The position numbers and the translations under genes are program-made. A stretch of 64,000 bases of DNA from Octopus sinensis (taxonomy: Eukaryota), in contig NC_043005.1 of the NCBI RefSeq assembly GCF_006345805.1, positions 69,936,001 through 70,000,000 of the forward strand, written 5' to 3'. Numbering within the stretch: position 1 is the stretch's first letter; every line of letters starts with the position of its first letter. The notes beneath the pieces were generated by a model. That model did not search any database. It was not told the origin of the DNA and saw nothing but the letters and a program-made list of their open reading frames with translations. This document shows positions 27,862-41,514 of this stretch, in pieces.

Positions 27862-27935
27862 ATTTAGTAGAAAATATTAAAATATAAAAAGAGATGAACG
27901 CTCGAGTTGTTGTTAATCTCTGTATATTATGAACT

Positions 27936-28019
27936 CCTCTACATACGTTTCGACAGGTGCATTCCAAAATGTCTGGCGGAATAAATAATGGGCACCAGTG
28001 CACCAATCTATTCAGGAGG
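27936..28019 (-). ncRNA. Type I hammerhead ribozyme motif (G8U variant)
   Basis: Minus: CCTC-CTGAATA-GATTGGTGCA...TGCACCTGTC-GAAAC-GTAT-GTA-GAGG; helices I, II and III all form. Confidence 0.65.
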
Positions 28020-28380
28020 TTTATGATAACAAGCTCATCAAATAAGCATGTTAACCCAGAAAGAAAGTCCTACAAAATGTAAAGTATTCATAATTATATG
28101 GAAACAGGCGTTCACACTCAAACATGTGGCGTATCAATATAAACATTATATCAATATAAACATTATATACATACAAAAACACAAACGTATACTAACACAT
28201 ACATAAACACTCATCAAAATACAAAAACTTACACATATATACATATATATATATACACACTTTTTAAATTCTACATAAAACGTTATATATATGTGTGTGT
28301 AAGTGTGTGTGTGGTGTGTGTGTGTGTGTGTATGTGAATAAATAAATGGAGTTTAACGCAGGTATAAATCAAATATTTTT

Positions 28381-28466
28381 ACTTTCGACACATGTTTCGA
28401 AAAGTGCACTGATACTATTCAAAAGAATAAACGGTATATACAATGCAATCTTTTCTTCAGGAAAGT
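28381..28466 (-). ncRNA. Type I hammerhead ribozyme motif, catalytic core intact
   Basis: Minus: ACTTTC-CTGAAGA-AAAGATTGCATTG...CAGTGCACTTTTC-GAAAC-ATGT-GTC-GAAAGT; 11 of 13 helix II pairs form; GUC cleavage triplet. Confidence 0.75.
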
Positions 28467-28522
28467 GAAAAAAAGAAACTCGTCAATTAGACGTTTTAGG
28501 AAAAGATGATGGATTAAATGAC

Positions 28523-28612
28523 TTACTTTCCTGAAGGGAAGATTTCATTGTTTATACTATTTATTCTTTCGAATAATATCAGTGGAATTTTCGAAACATG
28601 TATCGAAAGTAA
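28523..28612 (+). ncRNA. Type I hammerhead ribozyme motif (inverted partner copy, A9G)
   Basis: TTACTTTC-CTGAAGG-GAAGATTTCATTG...CAGTGGAATTTTC (13 of 13 pairs including G-U)-GAAAC-ATGT-ATC-GAAAGTAA. Confidence 0.7.
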
Positions 28613-30241
28613 AAATATTTGATTTATATCTGCTTTAAACTCCATTTATTTATTCATATTATACAAATATTCCACTTAAACACGAAGTTTCTGCCTTTAT
28701 AAACAAGGAGTTACAATCTCTTTACTTATGAGATTTTTTGCTACCCTGGTAACTATTTATTTATTTTTTCCGTGTTAATTGTTAACAAGGTAAAAATACA
28801 CTCATCTATATATATATATATATATATATATGCATACACACACACCTATATATATAAAAAATATTTAATATTTCTACTAAATATGTCTCACTATCCCGAG
28901 ATTATTTCCTGGGACATTTAAGCAACATTTAGCTATATTGTATTTGTTCCCTTAGATTTCTCCTATTAATTGTAAACTCTCATTACACCAGGCTTTATTT
29001 GAATGAACCTGCAAATGGAGATCTTTAATGTCAATGCCTCTTTCAAGGACATACCTATTCTTCCAAGAAACGTATGTCTGAAACAGCACACCATTAAGAC
29101 CAATTCCTTCATTAATCAGAATAGATGACAAGCTTTCTGTTTGGATAATAAGGATATCGAAACATCATCAAACCATTGTAATTCGGGGTTTAGGAAAGTT
29201 TTCAAATAAAAAAAACAACCCTCCCACTAACCAAGCTTAAAAATACTTTGAAGGATACCTCTGAACTATAGCAAAGAATGTGAAGTTCCATAGCATTGTG
29301 ATTAATCTATATTTTGTATCTTTTCATTTGTCTTGCTCGCTTACTTTGTGGCGTTTGCTAAATTTTCTTGAGAACATTCCATTCCTAGTGGTAAGACCAT
29401 AGCGGATCTCCTTCTAGCATAATGGATATCCACTTACAGGTCATTCCACTTATATATATATCATACGTTATATAAATCTATTAATGAGTATGTTTTTCTT
29501 TTATATAATTTCAATTATGCTTTAGACGAAATTCTTATGATGTATTTTAAAAATACGTATTGTCCAAATAGATATATATTGGAATATTTTATTTTACTTT
29601 ATGAAGTATGTTAAGTTTTATATTCTCTCGGGTTTTGAAAACACATCATATACTATTGAAATCTTCAAATTTATTCAGAGAGATATTCACCATATTCTGT
29701 AACAGAGGTGTTTGAATTCTATTTGTAACAAATTACTTCAGATTATTTCCTAGAGACTGAATCTCTTATTGACTCACATTGTATATAATCATCTTATGTG
29801 TGCACTGCTAATTAACTAGGGCCAATTTCGCCTCAAGGATGAGCTTAATTTCATCGCGAATTTCTCAGCATTATTGCAGCGTTAATAAATTTATAATTGG
29901 CAATATAGTTATCCCCTACTGCGATGTAATCTAATCATAAACAAATATTCTCGCTATCCAAACATTTATTACAATGTGTTTGTATTGGAGCAAACGGGAA
30001 ATCGGAAGAAACTAAAAAATTGCAATGCCTCTATCCTGGGATTCAATGTGGTTACAGTTTCCTCTGTCGGATTCGTCCATTGAATACAAAAACTCTTGTC
30101 ATGCAAAGGGAAAGAGGGGAATGTTCAGAAGACAAATGTGATTTTCTCGTAGTCTCCATCTCGTTAATCAACAGTTCACTTTTTGTGGAACAACTAAGGT
30201 ATTGCCCAATTTTATAAGAAATTTTTCAGTTAATACATTAA

Positions 30242-30642
30242 TCTTTATATATAAATGTGAGATTGTGTGAGAGTCTGTCTCCTACGATTTAGATTCCTAA
30301 CTACTCCCACATTTTGCGGTGCAGTTTAACCAAAACCGGGTATCTTATAGTCGTGATTCATATCGAGCCCTTCTGGGTATTATCGCGCGTCTACGATGAG
30401 TCTACGATTAAAAAAAAAATTACCATGGTTTTTTTCCATGTTAATGCATTTTTTCGCTATTATATAAGGGAGGTAACTCTCTAAAAATGTCTAAGATGAG
30501 TCAACGATTTAAAAAAAAAATTACCATAATTTTTTTCCATTTTTAATGCATTGTTTTTGCTATTTTTTGGCTATAACTCTCTAAAAATGCTTATATAGTT
30601 ATTTCCCTTACAAACCCGAGCAACGCCGGGCGATACTGCTAG
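30242..30642 (+). mobile_element. Non-autonomous Helitron
   Basis: 5' TC, 3' CTAG, inserted between A and T with no TSD; subterminal hairpin CCCG-AGCAACGC-CGGG (30615-30630); internal ~100-bp direct duplication. Confidence 0.88.
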
Positions 30643-31065
30643 TAATAAATATGAAGGAAATGTTTAGTTGAAACTATATTCTTGTATGGATTTTTAGGTT
30701 TTGCTCAATCAACTGCGACCATGTTTAGGCAAAAATTGAAGGTTTTTCACAGATACTATTGTTATGTCGCACGTTCGGATAACCTCTGCTCAACTCTCGA
30801 CTCTAATCTTCTCCTTGTATATCTACGTATGGGGCTAGTCTACTTCATCGCCTGGGGGCGTCGACACAACAACTATTAATATGTTTCGGGACATGACATT
30901 TTATAGGAAATCTTATTTATCAGCATCAGCATAAAAACAAAATAGAAACACACAAGGAGACGAACATACAACTTCAAACATATATATATGTACGCAGGTA
31001 ACTACAGCCATACAAACATATATGTATATACGTTGATATATGTATGTGTGTGTGTATGTATATGC

Positions 31066-31156
<91 letters not shown>

Positions 31157-31559
31157 GTGTGTGTGTGGGCGCGCGTATGTGTGTGTAATGTGTGCCTGTT
31201 TATGTGCGCATGTATGTAAGTGTGTTTAAGTGTATACATACGTAACGCATTCATTCTTTATCTTGAAAACAGGTGGAAGAAAATGCAGAAACGTAACAAT
31301 TAATCAAAGAAGGTAAAACTGAAGCGAGTGAATGAATCTAGGTAAGAGTCGACTGTCACAACAACCAATATGAATACACTTACATGACTTACTCCTAACC
31401 AATCTAACCAGAAGATTAGACTGGTGCGTATCTCGTGTCAGAAGATAATAATTTAAGTTCTATAAATGCTTGTGTATGTATGCCTGTGCATATGCACTAT
31501 GAATATTGAAACACACAGTCGTAAGCATATAATTACAGACACACACACATATATAGTTT

Positions 31560-31596
<37 letters not shown>

Positions 31597-33426
31597 AATG
31601 ACTTATTGTAATCCCATAATCAATGTAATATGATGATGGTCAGTTAAGAATAACGTAGGAAGCAAGGAATTATATGAGTGGTTTTGACTATTGGATGTAC
31701 TTAATATTATTAAACATTTTCTCACCTCAGAGGATATGAAACGTTCAGTAATCCATAAAATATAGCAAATGTACCAAAATATATACGCCAGAGATACAAC
31801 AATGTAGCTCAAGATTTCTCCAAGTCTCTGACCTCTCGTCTCTCAAAATGTTGAAGAATGCAATCTCAATCTCTTCATTTACAGTTACAGCTATTTTCCA
31901 TTAATCAAATTTGATCTATAAATCTTCTAAGAACTTTGCTGATGGAACATACTCAAAATTTACTTCCATTTATTTCTTCTTTCGAATTTCAAATACTTCC
32001 CCCGCTTCTGTAACTCATCATAATTTCAACAACTCGTTTGTTGAAATATATTACCAATATGACATTTGTTTAAACTGTAGATGTACCGTCGAAATTTTTT
32101 CAAATAATTCTGATATATTTTATGGCTTGGTTTTACAAAAATACTTTTCCAGGAATCCCGGTTTGTTTTGTCGGATAGATCGGCGTGAAATGAACTTACG
32201 AGCGTTTGTTTTGCTGAGAAATAGGTGTTTTTGCTTCATAAAACTTAATGAAACATCGCGTAGGGTTTGGATGTAGTATCTCAATAGATTATCGACTCCA
32301 TTGTGTAAAATATAAATTTTGTGTATTTTAAAATATAAGTTTCTCGTTCTTAGTTCTCTCTACGAATTCATTCATATAATCATAAATGAAAGAGATGGCA
32401 TTCAATGAGTAATAATATGAATAACGACGAAAGTAGCGACTATTAAACTTTCAATTTTTTCCGTTATATGTTTATATATAATGCCCAAACATTTACCATT
32501 CTCTGAGTAATGAGATGAATTGACTGAAATTGGCGAGATTGTCAACCATACAACTTTATATATACGTATGTATTTATGCATATATGTGTGTATATTTGTA
32601 TGTATGTATGCATGTATGTGTAGATGGATGGATGTGTCTATCTATCTATCTATCTATCTATCCATCTATCAATCTATCTATCCACTAATATTTGTCGTTT
32701 TTCAATGAGCAGTATAATGCTCCCCTGAATCCGGGTATATGGCAAGTGTCTGGCTGTGAATTGCACGTAATTTTGTGGGTAGAAATTCTAACCATTGGAA
32801 TTGGTTTCCTCCTTTCTGATTGAACCATCGATGTATGCTCTATCGGAGATCAGAATGATCAGTTTACTTGACTTACACGCTATGTATGCATTGAATATAA
32901 TCTACAATGCATCATCGGTAAAGCGCTTTATTTCTACGCTTATAATAGCACACATCATTGATTGCTAACATTCCATCCCAAGTACATTCTCTCCGGCATA
33001 TTATCTTTATGCAAGCCCTTCATTGGTTATTTGATTCAATGAAAACGAAACAAGCATATCTTCAACATGGAACATCAATATCACTCACTTTCTCATAAAA
33101 ATGTAAAGCTGGCACCTCTAAGCCTCAATAACAATGCAATAATTGAAAGAGCGAAAAGTACATCACAATGATTTTCGGGCGCCCTCAAAATGAAAAGTAT
33201 TGTAACCTTTTAAGCCACCAAATATTTCCGTACCGTAGGTGACTCAAAATAAAATGCTATATTCTCACTTTGGACATCATAAGTGCTACAGAGAAACATC
33301 TGTCAATGCATAGAAATGCAACACCCTTAATCGTGTACCTTGAATTTGTGCAGAAATATGGTCGGAATTCATGTGGTCATCTCAGTTTACCTGCTCTATC
33401 ACTAATAAGAAATGTCGTTCTCTTTT

Positions 33427-33509
33427 TTAATATATATATATATAATATATACATACACACATACACACACATATATATATATAATATATATATATATATA
33501 TTATATATA

Positions 33510-33543
<34 letters not shown>

Positions 33544-33660
33544 CATATATATACATATATGCATACATATATACATATATATATAAATAAATATATATAT
33601 ATATAATATATACATACACACATACACACACACATATATATATATATTATATATTATATA

Positions 33661-33691
<31 letters not shown>

Positions 33692-33738
33692 CATATATAT
33701 ACATATATGCATACATATATACATATATATATAAATAA

Positions 33739-33791
<53 letters not shown>

Positions 33792-33812
33792 ATATATATA
33801 TATATATATACA
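33427..33812. repeat. Compound (AT)n/(AC)n microsatellite with an internal duplicated block
   Basis: CATATATGCATACATATATACATATATATATAAATAAAT occurs twice (~33554 and ~33702). Confidence 0.85.
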
Positions 33813-33859
33813 TACCAACATCTAAGGCGCACAAAGCGCCCCTTCTATCAGTTTTCACC

Positions 33860-35162
33860 AATAACTTAACAGCTATCATGCTCCTTATCAAAACCTTAAC
33901 CAAATTCGTTCCTTTCCAGGACATTGAATTTAGACATTCGATTACTGCATATTTTTTATTCTGAAACCGCTGACTTGGAATTGTTGAAGGTGAAGGACAG
34001 CTGCATTGTTCTCCACAGCCCTGAAGAACACAAGTGCAAGGTATCAGTTTCTCCCCAAAGACAAAACAAGACGATAATAAATGCAATTGATTTGCATGTA
34101 TGCGCGCGTGTGTAGGCGCGACCGTGTTTCTGTACACGCGGAGAAAGTTGTGAGGTCGTGGACAGTTAAATGTTACTCGTTTCTGGATATGGATGCTAAA
34201 CGTGGTAATGCACTGCGTAAGATGTTTTAGTGTTTCCAATCGACAAAGTTCACTTATTTAATCCCCAAATATATATTTTACAGAAAACTGCTTGTTGCCA
34301 ACAAGTAGTTATCTTCTTTGATCGACCTACAGAAATGGTCGACGGCATACGACGTAGTCAAGCACTGACATCACCAGTTCAAATGCGGTCGGACACCGGT
34401 GAAAACTGCATCTAATCCTGGACGACCACATGAAGACAAGTGTAGGGTCTGGGGAAAAAAATAATTCACGATTTTTTGCACATGCGTAAGTTGTCTGTAT
34501 TATGGATTCCCCGGATGCTCTCACCATTTCAGTAGTAGTAACGAGTCGATTGGTCCCACGATCTTTTGGCAATGTACCAAGAAAACAAGGTGTACTTTTT
34601 CGGAAGAATTATCACACATGAATAAACATGGGACCATCACTATGATCATGTCGAAGCAATGGAAGCATGATAATTCAACACCTCCAAAGAAGGCTCGTGT
34701 CCAACCCTTGGTAGGCAAGGTGATGCTCACAGTCTTTTGGGACCAACGCGAATATTCTGTCAAAGGAAACCACAGTCAACAGGACATATTATGCTTCTCT
34801 GCTACAGTAATTGCAGAACGCCATCAAACCGGAAGGTGTGGTATGCGGACGAAAGTAGTTCTCAATGTGCATGTTTCCAATATGAAACCACACTCATGCG
34901 GCTATAAAACGCTTACTACCCGACCTTACACCATCTGCCTTTTCTGATGATGATGAGCTCATTTCCGTGGTAAAGTCTTGGCTCCAGATGTTACCCACCT
35001 ACATCTACAGACAACTATCTTCACAGCTGCATAATTCGACGGTAGAAGTGTGCCACAATCTGTGCGGCTATGAAGAAGAGGTTTAATAAGTATGCCAAGT
35101 TTCATTTATCCCAGTCCTGGTGAAGTGGGTCAGGGGAAATTTTTAATGAACATCTCCCCGTA
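33860..35162 (+). mobile_element. mariner transposon, decayed and internally deleted
   Basis: AYDVVKH*HHQFKCGRT, SVGS...IIHDFLHMRKLSVLWIPRML (cf. WVPR), SKQWKH...PPKKARVQP..GKVMLTVFWD; 3' terminus GGGGAAATTTTTAATGAACATCTCCCCG|TA. 5' boundary approximate. Confidence 0.85.
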
Positions 35163-36863
35163 CATTGTAAATGCAAGCACACAGATAGACTCGGTTCCAA
35201 GCATGTGTATTTATATATGTATATGTGTGTGTGTGTGTGTCTGTCTGTCTGTGTCTGTGTCTGTGCTCCATAGTATATACATAAAAGTTAGTATTAATTT
35301 TATTTATACCAGTTAAACTATGCCTGTATCTGTTTGAATATTTATGATTATCAGTGGGTGAAAGTTTACACTGATATAGTACTTGGTGTGTCATCAAATT
35401 TTTTATTCCTCAGTTCCTTTAATTTTTCACCTTTCTGCATTGTGCATCCTGTTTTGAAAGTCCCCCTTAACAAAAAAATGTCAGAATTGAAGGATTTATA
35501 TCGTACATTACGCCATCTTTGTTTGTAGCCTGATTTATTTCTCATACCAAATCTACAATTACACTCGTCTACTAACTAAATTTCAATGAATCAAAAGCAG
35601 CTGAAAAGAGCCACAATAAATACATTAAGTTCGGAATGAATTGTTTCTACTACACGAGTCTTTGCATTTGGAGCGTGTATATTTTCGTTTGTTCAGCTAA
35701 AGATAGCAGTAAGAAATCCGTCATATCTCACATGGACATGGAACAAAATACAGTGTAACGTAAACGAAAACTTTGATTAAAACCGATGTGCGTTTTATCC
35801 AAAGCCTGAAATATATCAAAACAATTACGAACGTTATAAATATATTGGATCTAATTTCCTGCCACAATTTTTATTACTATTTTAGTCTCGATCAAAACAG
35901 TTTAAGATTGATATAATAAAGATTCGATAGTAATGACATTTTTAGCAGAACCAATTCAGACCAACAATGGCAAGATAAACAGAAAGCAATATTGTCTTAG
36001 AAATCCCTAAAATACAATTATGCTACTTAATCGGTTTGGATCACGTTTACTGACATGGCTTAGAAGATTTTCCTTCGTTATATTGCGGATGGGGCAAAAT
36101 AGGTAATATGTAATTCCATATTACTTTTTACATTATATATTTTTTACATTCCCTATAATGTTTTATATCCGTAGAACCCTTTACATTACAAGTATTGCTT
36201 TACCTTTGTGAGTAAAAATTGAACAGCATACTTATTATTAACATTGAAGCAGTTTGTGACATAGCTAACCGTTATTTTTTTTTAGAAAAGTTTACTTAAG
36301 TCTAAACCGATATAATTGAGGCTGCCAATATAATATCTGGATAATTACTGGTGTTAAACAATCAAACTTCTTTTCCTTCTTGAATTCCAAGTAATTTTGT
36401 TTCCACACTTATGTCTAATTTCATAATTACCAATTTTCAAAAATTGACGTCTACAGTACATAAAATGAATAATGACTTCAAAACTTCATTCTCTTTTCCT
36501 GCATGGTGCGTAAATATATCAGGGAGAGATTCATTGCAGCAAACTGTGGAGACGTTATTGAGAATATTCATGTTGAGCTTCAAGGTTTAGCGAAATTGTT
36601 TTAGTTTAATATCGTGGGTTATTCTCCACGACCCTCTTCCATTTGTCCAAAACAATTACAATTTTTGCTGCAGTTTAGATTTTTTTGATATCTAAGGATG
36701 GATAGTGACGTGTATGAATAACTTTTTTTTTAAACTGCAATTCTGGACAACTAAAGAAGGAACTTCGATTTTATTAGTCTTACTCAATTTGCCCCATCAC
36801 ATTATTAGAGGTGCAATATTAAGTAAATTTTTACCCGATAATGATATTAATAATGATAATGAC

Positions 36864-36915
<52 letters not shown>
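36864..36915. repeat. (AGT)n microsatellite
   Basis: Seen directly. Confidence 0.95.
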
Positions 36916-36969
36916 AATATTGATTACATAAATGCATATATATATATGTCTGAATGCATATGTGATATG

Positions 36970-37038
<69 letters not shown>

Positions 37039-38433
37039 TGTATGTGTGTATATATGAATATATAAGTATGGCTGATTGAATATATGTACGTTTGTACCCT
37101 ACGTTAATTTTCTCTTTCACAAACTTGATAATATGCACAGTATATTACGCCTTAATCTCATCCTGTATCAGACAGTCGCTAAACATTATTGCATTTGTTA
37201 CATTAAAGGGAATCTAAATAATAAATAAAGACCATGAAAATTCCCCTTCTAAATCTGAGAGCCTGACACAATATTTCTACTTTCTCATTGATGATCCCTA
37301 CACACTGTATTAGGTTATCAGAAGATAATTCACGAATCTACTGCGCTTATAGAATTACGGTATAGCCTCCATTATAACGTTTCTCCAAGAAATGATACTT
37401 TCATTGGGATAAAATGTTTTTCTGTTTTAAAACACTGAGAAATATTTCAATATACTAGACATCAAAATGAAATTAGTGTCTCAAATCAATAACTGTCAAT
37501 TAATGTGATTATTCGGCTAATGCAGACTTCATTTTTTGCATTTAGAGATCAAACATACAACCTTAGTTCTTGAATAACTGAATGAAATATATCAACACCA
37601 TATAAGAACTCTGAATATATGAGGCAGCTAAAAAGGTAAGTTAGTGATTAAGTATCTAAAATGGAAAGCATCTATAAGTCTATTTATACTGTTACACTTA
37701 CAGAAGTCTATAAAGTAATCGCACGAAATTATACCTCGAAAATGAAAGACATTTAAGATGCTGAAGCTAATGTATTGATGATACTTAGCCAGATAAATAC
37801 CGTAACAACACAACTGTAATTCAAAGCTTAAGACGCTTAAGCAAATAACTTATTAACAAGATTAGAAACTATACTGATTTCACACACTGTTGACAGATAT
37901 TGTGTGTCCGTTAAGGTTTAACAGTCATTAGGAACTTCTGAAGAATAGTTCAAATTATTTGTTAACAAAAAAATGTTCAACTTTCTATTGATCTAAATCT
38001 TAAGCTAAATATATACGTTTAGCACTATTGAAATCTTATATAAACAAGAAGCTGATATTATATAGCAAGTAAAATGCAGATGATTTTTAACATGAACATT
38101 CATAGAATCAGATACGACGGAAATAAAGTAAAATGTGTTTACAATAGAAGGGATTATGAATATAGATTAGAAAATGCTAATTTGACAACAATAGCTTCAC
38201 GTCTATGATGGCAAAAAATGTTCCGAAACGTTAACGTTAAAAATTAACCCTATAATTACATTAGTTTTTATTGTCGATCTTTTTACGTTTCTATAACTTC
38301 TATTTACATGCAAGACACAAATTATGTCTTTTGAGAAATTGCGGCGAAAAATATTGTAATAATAGGTCAAAAATGGATTGCTTGTCTCGTTAAGACTTGA
38401 GAGAATCATTACACTAATAATAACTAACGTAGG

Positions 38434-38677
38434 CACTGGTCAATTATTAGTTCTTTGTTGCTAGTCTATCGGTTAAATATCTAACCTTTCATTAACGACA
38501 TGCCTCCTCTCTTGAAGGTCTGATTTGAAGACTAAAGGCAAGCTTTGAAGAGAGGATGCATGTCAACAATGAAGTCGTGAATAGCGACGAAAGGACACAT
38601 TACAAATAGATGGATTAGTTAGTTGGTTAATTATTTAACCATTTGACTAGCAATAAGGAAATGATACTGAGCCAGTG
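38434..38677. repeat. ~245-bp imperfect palindrome (MITE- or Penelope-like fold-back)
   Basis: CACTGG...TTGCTAGTC...GGTTAAATA.CTAACC pairs with GGTTAATTATTTAACC...GACTAGCAA...CCAGTG; inner arms GACATGCCTCCTCTCTTGAAG / CTTTGAAGAGAGGATGCATGTC. Confidence 0.75.
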
Positions 38678-38880
38678 TGTGTTTGTTTGTTTGTTTGTGC
38701 GTGTGTGTGTGTGTGTGTGTGCCCTTTTGTTTTGAAACGGTCAGTTTTCGCTCATCGTTGATCGGCCGCATTAGAGACAGGAATTCAACTAGACAATAGA
38801 ACACATTTTTCAGCCTATTTCTCTATGCATTCATACTCACACACATGCATTCACACACACGTATATATGCATACATAAAT

Positions 38881-38924
<44 letters not shown>

Positions 38925-39112
38925 CTACATGCATACATACATAAATACACACACACATCTACATACATACATACACACACACACATCTACATGCATACAT
39001 ACATACATGCTTTTTATTTTCTTTGTCACTTCCCTGGCACCTTGCTGCTCTTGGAGACGGTACTTAAACTACCGAGAATAAAACTTTTTCTCTGTTTATT
39101 TCTTTTTAACGC

Positions 39113-39170
<58 letters not shown>

Positions 39171-39379
39171 CACGTACAAACTCACAAACGCACATATATA
39201 TATACATACATACAGACATATTTTTAAAAACTTTTCTTTGTCGTTTCACTAGCACCATCCTGTTTTAGCGGACTGGTATAGTGACAAAACCTTTTTCTCA
39301 GTCTATTTCGTTTTATCGGCCCTGTCTGCATGGCAAAATACAAAAAGAAAAATATTGAGAGAATGAAAAATTTAAGTTG

Positions 39380-39452
39380 ACCAGAGGGGCCCCTCAGTTA
39401 TTAGGGGCCCTGACGCTTAAGCTTCATTACTTTTGTAGTAGATCCACCACTG
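39380..39452. mobile_element. hAT-type MITE terminus fragment
   Basis: GGGGCCCC...GGGGCCC subterminal motifs ending AGATCCACCACTG (cf. CAGTGGCGGAT-type TIR). Confidence 0.4.
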
Positions 39453-40365
39453 CTGACAGCATGAAAAAGACCATCTTTTCCTTCCTACATGATATATTGT
39501 AAAGTGGGTGAGACTTTCTAATAGTAACTACACTGTAGAAATTCTGTATTTAAAAGATGAAATATTTCGTTCTTTCTTAGCATTCTTGATTATTCCATTA
39601 TATATCATAATGTCAAATTAATAAGTTTTAAAATCAAATTAAGCCAGATTATACGTAATTTTCTGGAAGTCACAGTCATGTATAAGGGAAAGTGTGTAAG
39701 TTTGGCTGCATATTATATAAACCCCGAAAGATAAATGCAAATTCTATCCCCGTGGGATTTGAACTCAAGATGTAGTAGGATCTAATCGCAAACTGTGTTG
39801 CAAACAGCCCATTCTGTACATGTGTTCAAATGAAAGAAAAGTGATATGGGAATTGTGAATCACTATTGAACATATTGCTGAATGGAATAAGAATAATAAT
39901 AGAAATCTATAGAACGTGCGTTATCTCTATATGTGCTATTGTGTCCGTGTGTTCACTGTTAGCACGTAACAATAAAGAAACCGTATATATTTGTCTTTGT
40001 TGCTTTAACAAACTACACAGACTTTATACACTTGTTATTGATAAGAATTGATGCAATTGTTATCGAGAGGAAAAAAATATATATAAGAAAATACAAGACA
40101 GGCTTAATGAAATTGCAATACGGAAAGCAAAAATCACCGGAAAATTACTTTTGAAGTTTATGATTACAAGAAGATAGTCTAATTGGAAGATTTGGCTTCA
40201 TAGCTTTCATCTAAACTGTTACATGTTTAGTAATCAATTAGACTTTCTAGTTATCTATTATTTTCCTACTTCTTGCTTTGTTTGTCAAAAGCATGAAGAT
40301 AAAAGATATGCTGATACAGTCAGGCGCATACATGAACACATACGCATTCGTATCCACACAGACAG

Positions 40366-40397
<32 letters not shown>

Positions 40398-40929
40398 TAA
40401 TATACACACAATTAAGTGTATATGACACATTCAAAGACGTAGTCGTACATTAGTAGAGACCTTTCACCACCAGCAAAATACAAACACATATCTTTCACAT
40501 GTGGCGTTACGAATTTTTTTCGTATGTGCATGTATGAGTGTAAAGTTGCATACAAATATACACATCTGCACATACTTGTATATAAATATTTTGTTTGGTG
40601 TGAGTGTGTATGACTGCATGTTTGTGTGTGTATGTGTTGCGTGCACGTACTTCCATTGCGTGCATTTGTGTGTTTTGATTTGGAGGCATAAAATATCTCC
40701 GCATTAAAGGACACATTAATCCTGAATGAAATTAAAACATGCTGCCTGGAAGCAAATAAAGATTGTTAGTACATGATATAATATTAAATAATAACAAGTT
40801 AATTTTAGGACCCTCTCTAAAAGTAAACTAACACAAAGTCATGGAATTAAAATATAGTTAATTTAGATATGTTCGAGAACCCTCTCTAGTTACTGTCGTG
40901 AAGCAGGAATTGTGATATTTGAAGTATAT

Positions 40930-41460
40930 CCAGGCCATGCATAATTTTTTTGGTACCATTTACAGTTCTTCATTATAACCTTGTCTATCCTTGGTGCTCT
41001 TGACTCCTTGTTGGTATCCCTTTTATAGCACTGACAGAAGATTATTTCCGCAGGGAACGTATATATTTACCCTGGGGGTACCTGTGAATACTTTCCATAG
41101 GAGGTAAAGACAAGCAATGGGTCGGTAATTGCCAACCTCAATACCCTTTCACCGATCCTTCATTAGCAATACTGTTCTTCCCTCAACCATCCACTCCGGA
41201 TCTGTACCGCTCTGTAGGCAATTGTATAATTGCAACGCAATTCTCTATGTATTGACCTAAACACTTGAGCCAGTAGCTTTGAGTTCCGTCTGCTCCGGCC
41301 GCTTTCCAGTTAGGCAGTTTTGACATCATCCGTTATGCGCATATGGTCCTGTTGTGAAAACTGTCGTGATGGAGTTCGGATCTCACGGAATGAATCTACT
41401 CAGCATTGTGGTGGTGCAAATCTTCTTGCCCCTCGATGTTATTCAAACGTTGGTGGGTTT
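40930..41460 (-). mobile_element. Dong/R4-like LINE reverse transcriptase fragment
   Basis: Minus: KLPNWKAAGADGTQSYWLK, PEWMVEGRTVLLMKD, GNYRPIACLYLLWKVFTG. Confidence 0.85.
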
Positions 41461-41514
41461 CTCTGCGGTTCGTGCCCATAGCACATCTTGCCTCTCTCTA
41501 GCCCCTCTTAAAGT

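Noticed and set aside
28960-29145. Open minus-strand frame (ESLSSILINEGIGLNGVLFQTYVSWKNR...) with possible AG/GT sites
   Set aside because: No recognisable domain or partner exons; expected by chance.
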